A DNA stretch of 64,000 nucleotides from Amoebidium appalachense (Eukaryota; Protista; Ichthyosporea). The DNA is taken from NCBI GenBank assembly GCA_963693365.1, contig CAVNZM010000004.1:2502389-2566388 (forward strand). Reading direction: 5' to 3'. Shown here in pieces: positions 53,862 through 64,000 of the stretch (within the stretch, counting starts at the first letter, position 1; each line of letters begins with the position of its first letter). Below the pieces are notes generated by a model that was not told the DNA's origin, made no database searches, and worked only from the letters and a program-made list of their open reading frames with translations. Position numbers and translations under genes: made by a program.

Positions 53862-54973
53862 ATGGCTACCGAGGGGAAGGAGAGGAAAGAGCTTCGTGCA
53901 AGGTTCGAAAATGTTCCCCACCAGGTGCAAGTCAGGGAGTTCTGTGCCAGATGGGAGTTGGTCAAGGAGAGGAAACTGTCGTGGTTGTTGAAGGAGCTAA
54001 GACAGCACCTGCGCAGATTGTATCCGACTATGAGAATGAAACAGGTGCGTGTGGCGATATATCATGATCCTATAATTAAAATTTGCATTATGAATAAAAA
54101 CCTTTGAACAATTCATCTTTGGATAGTCCGACGATTTTGAATAATGTCTTATGAATTGTCAAATATTATGGTTCATTTTGATCCGTGCCGTATAATCCCT
54201 TCTGAAGACGTTTTTTTTTTTTTTTTGACAGTCCACATTTTTGATCCGGTTTGAATAGCCCCTTCTGGATCCGATGATCCATCTTGGATATCTATTCCTT
54301 TTAAGTGGTCCATTTTTTATGAAGTCCTTGGTGACTCCGTTTCGGATGGTCGGTTTTCAATGATCTTCTATCACTAAAAATCCATCATGCTGGATAGTCC
54401 AAATTATCCATTTTATAAAGCCCATCTTAAAATTGGAACAAATAGTTCATTCAATAACGAATCATTTTGAATAGTCCATTTTGAATGAACCTTTAATTGC
54501 ATAGTCCATTTTGCATGTTTCGTTTTGAATATTTTCTTTTGAGAGACTTGATTCGGCCTCTGGGGTTCACCAACACAAAGTCAGTGCCACTGGTACTGCC
54601 ACTAGTCTTGGTGCGTGTGTATTTTTAGAGGAGGAGGATGGGGGGGAGGGGAGGGGGAGGGGGAGGGGGAGGGGAGGTGGGAGGGGCAAGTGGTGGGGGA
54701 TATGTGTGAGGGACACCCGTGTTCTTTGTTTGTGAGGCGGGAAGGGGGAAGGGAGGGATCGGGGAGGAGGGGGGGGAGGGGGGGGGGGGGGGGGTTGGAT
54801 GGGGGGGGGGGGGGGTAGGGGGGGGGGGGGGGGGGGGGATGATTCTTTGGCCATGATGCAAGATATGGGAATGGAAATCATATTGTTAACGTTCTTACGT
54901 TCCAACCCTTCCTTTCTTCCCCTTTGCCTCCCCCCTCCCTCCCCCCTCCCCCCCCCCTCCTCCTCCTCCCCCC

Positions 54974-55005
<32 letters not shown>

Positions 55006-55712
55006 AAAAACAAAAAAAAAAAAAACGAAGACACAGACCGAGATCTCGAATAATGCCTACCTACTGGAGCTGGGTGACTTCACGCTGCAACTAGAGTTTA
55101 AAGACGAGGGGGAAAGACTGGTGGTGACGGATGACTGGGCAGAGGACACCCTAGATGAATTGTTTGCGGGTTTGGGCCCTGGGGGCATTGTGATTGCTCA
55201 GTATATCCCCCCTAGAGAAGAGGTGGGTGGAAGGATGCGTGCATGCACGTTTGTGTGGTTGCCTGCTCTTTGCATTCAGATATGTGCTTGTACACACCCG
55301 TGTATTTGAGTGCGTGGGTGTGTGTTTGCGAGTATTTTTGAATGGGCGGGGAGATCTTGTAGGCATCTGGGGGTTGGGGAGAAGGCCCTGGGTGAGATTG
55401 GTTATCTCAGACGGGGTAGAAGTTGGGCCCCCCCCCCGGGGTCATGGTGGGGCTACCAAGAGATCGGGTGCCACAATTGACGTTAGGTATCCCCCCCCCC
55501 CCCCTCCCCCCCCCCCCCCCCCTCCATCTTCCGACCTCAAAATGCTTTTTTTCATGCCTTTAATACCTAAAGCTTGCAAACGCACATGTACACTCCCACC
55601 TGAGCGTGGATGATGTGGAAAAACACACTCACACATATACATATACACACAACACGCACACGCACAAGAACGCACGCAATCAAGCACACGCACGCGCACG
55701 GGTGCACACACA

Positions 55713-55764
<52 letters not shown>

Positions 55765-58700
55765 GTGGCACACGAACGCACACGAGACACACACACATAC
55801 AAACACATACATACACACACACACACACCGGAACGCACGGACACTAACACACGCACAATCTACCCAGCACCCGCCTCTACTCCGAAAGTTTAGACCTCCC
55901 CACGTCCACATCTCAACCCACCCAAGAAGAACGACCAGCCACCACAACCTCCCAACCCAGCCCCGCAGAAAAAGCCCCCACAGGAACAACAAAACCCACC
56001 CCCCAACAAATTTAAGAGAAATCGCGCGGACAGAGACTACACAAGTTTGCAACAGAAAAAACCAACCCACCCACTCTCCTCTCCGAACGACCGTGTGTCG
56101 ACGTTACCTAGTTCCCCATGCAGCAAATTTCTTTTTGACGATCTCGATTTATCTCGAGAGTCCCCTTCCCCCACCACCACTGCCTTCGATCAATACACCA
56201 GGGACTCAGCCAACACGCGTATTGCCCGGGAAAAAAACGAGCGGTGAAAAACCGAAAATTGGGGGACGTGGCAAAGGGGGTGGAAATGGAACCGAAACAC
56301 CGGCGGAACGACAACATTTAGCACCGGTGCAGAGTGTTGCAAAGAAAACGGAGGAGAAGAAACCGGTAAATCGCAGCGGGGAAAAGGTGGTGAGTGAGCA
56401 GAAGGGAAACGCGACGCAAGTGCAACAGATGCAAAAGGAAGTTGCTATGGTGGCAAAGGAGAGACGGGCACTTGAGAAGAAGAAAAAAGAGTGTGAGAGA
56501 TTGACGAAAGAGTTGGATGAGAAGAAGAGGGAACGGGAAAAATTGGTTGAGGATAATTTGAATTACATGCATGTGTTTGGTGAGATGGAAGGCGAGGTGA
56601 AAAGAATGAGGGAAATGGTGGCTAGGATGAAGGAGGAGGGGGAGAGGGCTGTGAAAGAGAAGGAGACAATTCAGGGTGAGTTGGAGGCTGAAATCGAGGG
56701 GTTGAAAAAAGAGAGGGAGGAAATGTGCAAGGAAATTGAAGAGAAGGAGAAGGAGAGAATGGCGGAGATGGGAAAACGGGAGGAGGAAAGAGAGAAAATG
56801 ACGGAGAAAATGAAGGGGTTGAGAGGGGCACGTTCGGCACTGGAGGCGAAGGTTGAGGACTTGGAAGAAAAGTGGGTGATGTGGAAAGAGAAGTGGTTGA
56901 GGTGAAGAGGGAAAACGAGACATTGAAGAGTGAAATGGAAAGTCTGATTCAGATCGGATCGTCGTTTTAGGTAAAGGTGAGGGGCCTGAAGGCAAAGATT
57001 GAAAACTTGGAGCAAGAGAGAGAGAAGGAGAGGGGAGAAACGAAGAGGAAAATTGATGAGTTGAGCAGGGAGAAGGATTCATATGCATTAAAGGTGGAGG
57101 GACTGGAGAGAGATATGATGGAGAAGGATAAGATAGTGGAGGAGAAAGAGGGAGAGTTGGTGGTGTTCAAAAAGAAGATGAAAGAAATGGAGGAGGAATA
57201 CAAAAACGAGGTAGAGGAGAAACAGAGAGCCATGAGCGTGAAGGAGAGAAACTTGGTGCACCAAATTAAAATGAATGAGGAAGAAATGAGTGTGCGGAAG
57301 GAAAAATTGAAAGAGTTGGAGAAAACGAACGATGATTTTAAAAGGGACACAGAGGAGAAACAGAGGGCAAAGAGAGCTAAGGAAAGAGATTTGAGGCATC
57401 AAATTGAAATGAACGAGGAAGAACTGGAAAAGTTGAGAGAAATGGTGAAAGAATTGGAGAACACGATAGAGGATATTACGAATGACGCGGAGGAGAAACA
57501 GAAGGCAATGAGAGCTAAGGAGAGAGATTTGAGTCATCAAAATGAAATGAACGAGGAAGAACTGGAGAAAATAAAGCGAGAATTGGAGGAAACCAACGAA
57601 GGGTTCAGGAATGTGGAGCAGCAATATAAAGGGAAAGAGGAAGAGGTGGAGAAGGTAAGGGGGGAGAAGGAAGGAAGTGATGAGAGGTGCATAAGTTTGG
57701 AGCAGCAACTGAAAAGGAAGGAGGAAGAATTGGGAAAGGTAAAGAGGGAAAAGGAAGGAAATGTTGATAGGTGTATGCGCTTGGAGCAACTACTAAAGAG
57801 GAAGGAGGAAGAATTGGAAGAGGTAAAGAGGGATAAGAAAAAGGAGGTGGATCTAAAGGAGGAAGAAATAAATGAGCTGACGAGGGAAAAGGAGGAGCTG
57901 GAAGCAACGAACGAGAAGAAATAGACGAGCTAACGAGGGAAAGGGAGGAGCTGGAAGCAATGAAAGAGGAAGAAATAAACGAGCTAAAGAGGGGAAAAGA
58001 GGAGCTGGAAGCAAAGAAAGAGGAAGAAATAAATGAGCTAACGAGGGAAAGGGAGGAGCTGAAAGCAAAGGAAGAGGAAGAAATAAACGAGCTAACGAGG
58101 GAAAGGGAGGAGCTGGAAGCAAAGAAAGAGGAAGAAATAAACGAGTTAACGAGGGAAAAGGAGGAGCTGGAAGCAAAGAAAGAGGAAGAGGTAAACGAGC
58201 TAACGAGGGAAAAAGAGGAACTGGAAGCAATTAAAAAGGAGCTAGCAAGGGAAAAGGAGGAGCTGAGAGAGCGGTTAGAAGAAGCAGGGAGGGACTGTGG
58301 TCAGATGGTGGTTGAAAAGAACGAGGAGTTGAAGAAGGTGAAAGCTTGGTGAAACTGAGACCCAGTCCAAGGAGAAAGAGAATATTGAGAGGGATCTGGA
58401 AGACGCCAGAAAGGGATTGGATGACGCACTGAGCCGTTCGGCCAAGGGATTGGCTGAAAAAGAAAAGGAGATTTGTGATTTAAGGGTAGAATTGCAGTGG
58501 GGATTAGTTCAAGCGCTGAGTGGGGAAGAGAGGATAGGACTAGAAGAATTGAGGAGAGAGAGGGAGGATTTGATGGAAAAGATAAGAAAGAAAGACGGAG
58601 AAAATAAAGTGCTTCGGAATATTGTTCATAAGACAAAGAGGATTGCCGTGGATGGGGATGCTGGAGAGGACGTGATGAATTTGGTCGAGGAAAATGTGAA

Positions 58701-59058
58701 AATAGAGAGTGAAAATGAGATGCGTAAAAAGGAAAACGAGGGGCTGAAGAATGAAGCAAGGGAGAATGGCCGGAATTGGCAGGATGGTAAGAGACAGATG
58801 GATGAAGTGCAAGAGAGGCTGAAGGGGCTGGGTGAAATAATTGAACAGATGAAAACGTATTGGAAATGACTAGAAACGAGAAGGAAAAAAGTGAGGATAG
58901 AGTGCTTGAGTTGGAGGAGAGAGGAAAGAAAAGGACGAGAGGATTCGTGAGTTGGAGGGGATCATGAAGGGACTGGAGGGGGAGTCGGACAGGAAACGTC
59001 CGAAGTTGCAATGTGATGTGTTGCTGTCTGACCGGCAGAATCCATAACACAAACCCAG
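53862..59058 (+). pseudogene. Orphan coiled-coil gene, copy 2 (decayed paralogue of 30547-36785)
   Basis: Same exon layout: 53862-54044 MATEGKERKELRARFENVPHQVQ.., 55036-55222 ..GIVIAQYIPPREE, and a long exon from ~55868. The long exon is split into at least five frames by indels, stops and a replaced segment at ~58343-58385, several of them outside homopolymers. Confidence 0.8.
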
Positions 59059-59331
59059 GCACGTGCCCCCCCTCCCCCCCCCCCCCCCCCCCCCGTTTCC
59101 TCCCGTCCTGCTATTACCACTCGTGCCTGCACCCTGATGAACCCACAACCCCCTCCGGCCCCTCATTCCTCCTCCTCCTCCCGGGATGCTGGGGGGGGGG
59201 GGGAGGGGGAAGGGGGAGGGGGGGGGGGGGGGGCAGCACTCAAACTATATCGTCCCCCTCCCCCTCCCCCCCTCCTTCCCCCCCCCCCCCCCACACACAC
59301 ACACACACACACACCACCACCACCACCACCA

Positions 59332-59396
<65 letters not shown>

Positions 59397-59837
59397 GAAA
59401 GAAAGGGAAGAAAAAGAAAAGAAAGACATACACATGACATTAGGCGCACACCCAAACCGGGGCTCATAGATGCTCTCTATACCTCTCCTCCCGGGTCCCC
59501 TCCCCCTCCCGCCCCTTTTTTTCCTAATTCCTTTGTCACTAGTGCATTTTGTATCGTTTAATGTCCTCGGAACCTCCCCCCCCCCGCCCCCCCGTCCCCT
59601 CCTCCCTCCTCTCTCACCGGGGGGGGGGGGGGGAAGGGGGGGGGGGGGGGGGGGGGGGGGAGGGGGGGGGAAGGAGGGGGAAGGGTTTTGGGGGAGAGGG
59701 AGGGGAAAGTATGTGGGCACATGGGTTTGGGGGGAGGGAGGGGGAAAGGATTGTGTGGGCACTGAAGTCTCGTGAAGGGCCATGTGGTAAGGGAAGCTAG
59801 AACATGCATGGCTGCTCGGAGATGCCCTCTCACACAG

Positions 59838-60777
59838 TGCGGCACCCCAGAGATCCGGGCGCAGGTATTTACACGGGACTGCAGCCACCAGGAGATTGAG
59901 CCCGTGATCCAGCGCATCTCTGCCACCACGGCGGCGCTCAACAGCAAGGGCCCGGCCTTCTTCTACACAGATCGGTGCTGCCAAGACCGGGCGTTTGTTG
60001 AGCGCATGTTTCCAACCCTAGCCCGGCCAAAATGCCCCGTCCGTCTGAACGAGGCTGCGCTGGTAAGCGTGACGGACGGTCTGCCTGGGCTGGAGCTGCC
60101 GGCCAACTACCCTAAGCCGGTGTACACCGACTGCCAGGGGGCGGTGGTGGCTACAGCGGCCATTCGTGCCGACCTGGAGGGGCAGCAGCACCGCGTGGTG
60201 GGGCTGGACTGCGAGTGGGTCTATCGGGTGGGCCAGGCGCGGTCCAAGGTTTGCACGCTGCAGATTGCCACCGCACGGGCCGTGTACATCTTCCACTTGG
60301 CACGCATGGGCCCCAACCACAGCCCGCCCGCGCGGCTGGTGGACGAGCTGATTGCGCTGCTTAGGGACCCCAGCATCATCAAGGTGGGCAAGCAGATCGG
60401 CACGGACTCGGCCCACCTCAACAAGGACTACGGCACCCCTGTGGCCAGCTATCTGGAGCTGGGCCGGTTCTGCTATGCCCGTGCAGCTATCACCTCTGCG
60501 GCCCGGGGCTTGGCCGACATCACTGCCCAGGTCATAGGCAAGAAGCTGCCCAAGCCGGCACTTGTTCGATGCTCCAACTGGCACGAGCCGCTATCAGAGG
60601 TGCAGGCCACCTACGCTGCCCTTGATGCATATGCGTCCCTGCAGGTCTACTCGGCCGTGGTCGATAGGCCAAACCTGTCAGGTGTGTATCCCACCTGCTT
60701 TTTGCCCCAGTGCTTATGTGCTTATGCCAGATATAGAAAGATTGTGGGCCCCCCAGAGGAGAGGGGGAGGGGGGGGA

Positions 60778-60809
<32 letters not shown>

Positions 60810-61975
60810 TGGCTGACCACATGGGCCAGTGTTCCAGTTGTGTTATGCTGGGTGTCGGGTGGCTATCAAAGGAGGGGGTGATTGGTGGTGGTGGTGGTGG
60901 TGGGGGGGGGGGGGGGGGGGGGGGGGGGGGGCTATAGCACTGTTAACACGTGCAAGTGCCACACAAGCTGGGCACTGGGAGAGGGGGGGGGGGGGAGGGA
61001 GAAGGGGGGGGGGGGGGGGGGGGGGGGGGAAGGGGGGTTGCTAAGGAATATGCATTTGATTTTTGTGGAGCGAAGAGAAAAACGTTGGTGCTGTGGCTTT
61101 TTGGCTGAGTTTTTTGCTTCCCTCTATGACATGCAGCGCGGCTTCATGCAAAGGCACTCGGTGAAGGGGTTGAGATTGTGCCCCGGCGGGGCCCACATGC
61201 TGCAGCAGCCACCGGGGTGGTGCTGGCTGTGCAGCCGGAGCGCTGGGGGGGCATGAAGGTGGGCAAGAAGCATGCAGTGGTGCGGGTGGATCAGGTGCTG
61301 TCGCCGGCCATGCAGGTGCCCTTTGGCCCCGACAAGGGCAAGACCCTGGGAGAGCTGGGCCCGCCGCCCTTTGAGCTGATGGTGCACCTGCAGTGGCTAC
61401 GGCCCATTCAGCCCCCACCGGACCCAGGTGCCGAGGTGCCGGTGGTCCCTGACCCAGCCCCTCCCCCTGCCAGTCCTCCCCCTGCCGAGCAGCAGCAACC
61501 CCTTGCCGGCCCACAGGCACCCCCCCAGGACCCCCAGGCAGCCCCGGGGGGCCTTGAGGCAGCCCCAGGGGGACCCGAGGCAGCTCCCAGAGAGGGCATG
61601 TTGGGCCAGGCACCGCCTGGGGAGGTGGTGTGGCAGACTGTGCTGAATGACGCCTTCCACTCCATTGCAAACACGGCGGACGGCACGTACAAGTCACACC
61701 CCCGCAGGGCTGAGTACGCACGCGCACTCAGCGAGGCAATATTTGTGTGGAATTACGGACATGTGAAGGTGCCCCCCCCCCTCCCCCCCCCCCCCAAAAT
61801 AAAAAATAAAAAATAAAAATAAAAAAAACGGCAACAACAACATGCGTGACTGACGCGCACACACACATACACTCGTTAGCACACACTCACCATTCCACCC
61901 ACAACCATGCACACCTTCGACAAAACTTCTGAGGGAAGAGAGAGAGCCTGAGCCTCAGAGAGAGGGGGGGGGGAA

Positions 61976-62015
<40 letters not shown>

Positions 62016-62550
62016 GGGGGGAGGAGAGTGGGGGTTATTCATATGCCTAGAGAGAAATAATGTAGGGTTGTGGGGGGAAATAGCCACATGCATTTTTTAC
62101 TTGTGTTGGGGGAGAAGATGGGGGGGGTGGAGGGGAGGGGTCCTACAATAACGGCAGGTATCAAAGTCTACCAAACCCAAATTGCAGTGTGCGTAGTAAA
62201 TTAATATTGGCATCCTGCCTCACAGGGGGTGCTGGAGCAGAAGGGCATCGACATTGAAACCGAGCTCAAGGGCGGCGACCTGAGCTACTTCATGGAGCGC
62301 ATCCGGCGGGTTATTCCCGACCCATACACGCTGGTCTCGCGGCTGGTGGAGTTCAAAAACACCTACAAGGATGTGCCGCCCGGACCGGATGGCAAGCCTC
62401 TGTTCAAGAAGGATGGCTTTGAAAGACTCGAGGCAACATCCCCCCCCCCCCCCCTCCCCTGCAGGCGCCCAACAACTCCACCACCACAGAAAAGATTCTT
62501 CGCTTATTTGTCATCCTTGGTTCATCTGCACACACACGCACACCCTAGCC

Positions 62551-62583
<33 letters not shown>

Positions 62584-62587
62584 ACAT

Positions 62588-62659
<72 letters not shown>

Positions 62660-62741
62660 CCCGCACGGCCCTTGCTGCCTAGCCAGTTGTTTTTTGCCTT
62701 TCCCTGCTCGTTTTTTTCCTTAGCAACCCCATCCCCCCCCC

Positions 62742-62772
<31 letters not shown>

Positions 62773-64000
62773 ACACATACACACACACTACCACCACCAC
62801 CACCCACCCATCTCTCTGATGTTTGCTTGTGCCCCCACAGTCGCTGCTCGAACACGCCCAAAATGGCTGTCTGTCGGACCCCCCCGGCCTGCCCCTCTAC
62901 TACGAGACCACTGCCGACGCAGATGGGCTCATGCGCTACCGCTGCATCCGGGGCACCAACGAGGTGGAGGGGGCAGTGCACAACCCCCTGGCCACCCACT
63001 TTGGGGCCACACGCATGTCGCTGCGCCTGCTGGACGCCACCATGTCCAATAGGCGCCACCGCCACAACCTGCGTGCACACTACCGCAACCGCCTGGGCCA
63101 GGCATCGGGGCCCCCCCACTACAGCCCCTGGATTGTTGACGACATGGAGGCACTGGCGCTGATGCTGTACGGCCATCACCTCGACCCCCAGTGGGTACCC
63201 GTAGGCTGCTACAAGCTACCGGAGGAGTACTTCAACTTTGCCCCGCTCTCCTGTGTGGCCAATGCCCCGGCGCAGGAGCCAGTTGCGGTGCCCGCACCCC
63301 CACCTCCGTCTGATAACATCGAGCCTGCAGCCAATGGCGTGATGGGCGGGCCAGAGGACTGTGAGGTCGAGGAGGGTGACGGTGCTGCCATGGGGGGGGG
63401 CAACCAGGTGGCGCGTGGTGCACCACAGCCGGACCCTGCACTGAGGGGCGACTACAAGTTCCTGGCGCAGAAGCAACATGTGGCCATCCCCTTCCTTCCG
63501 GTGCTTACCCCTCAGGAGCGCAAGCTATTCAGCACGCTGCTCCTGGGCACCTACAAGGCACATGCAAAGCCCAACGGCCAGCTGTTCGAGGCTTTGGCCC
63601 AAGACTTCAACAAGGCTGCCTCTGTGGCTGGGGGAATCTACATGAAGGATGCGGCCTACATCAAGAAGCATTTCGACAAGTGGAAGACCTGGCAGACGGC
63701 ACATGCACAGCGCTCCACACACGAGGGCCTGGCAGATCACCGCAAGCGTATGCGCGAGGAGAGGGCAGACGCTGTGCCAGCAACCATACGGCCTGCCCCC
63801 TTGCCACCCCTCCCTGTTCCAGACGGTGTCGATGCAGGGGCGCAGCGTGAGCGGCCCTTGCCCATGCTAGTGGGCAAAAAGCATCGCAACATTGGCCCTG
63901 AGGGGCCCCTGCAGATGGATTTGCCGGTGCCCCCTCCTATGCAGCCACCCCAGAGAGCCCCCAAGACCTGCAAGACGTGTGGCCGCCAGGGCAAGGGCTG
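59838..64000 (+). mobile_element. Dada-type DDE DNA transposase with an inserted DEDDy (DnaQ/WRN-like) 3'-5' exonuclease; spliced, 5' part missing, continues beyond the window
   Basis: Exons ~59838-60681, 61137-61768, 62226-62432 and 62841->64000. Motifs in order: EIRAQVFT, FYTDRCCQDR (second D), exonuclease GLDCEW / GKQIGTD / YAALDA, LNDAFH (DxxH), RRVIPDP, GCLSDPPG, YRCIRGTNEVEGAVH (E), HYSPW, LPVLTPQERKLF, and CKTC at the window end. An exonuclease between the second D and DxxH is the arrangement I recall for some Dada transposases. Confidence 0.8.

Noticed and set aside
59058-59851. In-frame splice fusion of the coiled-coil paralogue to the Dada transposase
   Set aside because: The donor is phase 2 while the candidate acceptors need phase 0 or 1, and the upstream gene is already broken.

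Overview
Eukaryotic, intron-rich genomic DNA. Its introns are packed with poly-G/poly-C runs and (CA)n/(TG)n microsatellites, and the organism cannot be fixed from sequence alone. Almost all ORFs in the track are repeat artefacts. Hand-spliced gene models give: the 3' end of an unidentified gene with an acidic tail (1030-2672, +); an 11-exon Kelch-BTB-BACK gene (3394-9813, -); a complete 17-exon PRMT5 (12477-26126, +); and two paralogues of an orphan coiled-coil gene (30547-36785, probably intact; 53862-59058, decayed). Mobile DNA comprises a pogo-like MITE, three LINE fragments, a young full-length Ty1/copia element with a hemivirus-like PBS nested in a triplicated LINE 3' end, and a 5'-truncated, intron-containing Dada-type DDE transposase with an embedded DEDDy exonuclease that runs off the window end. 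Two signals are the most unusual. First, the copia coding region is CpG-rich yet almost free of CGC/GCG, unlike its neighbours. Second, many introns carry mutually complementary simple repeats at opposite ends, suggesting structure-bridged splicing. All counts and alignments were made by eye, and homopolymer lengths and single-base frameshifts may be sequencing errors.
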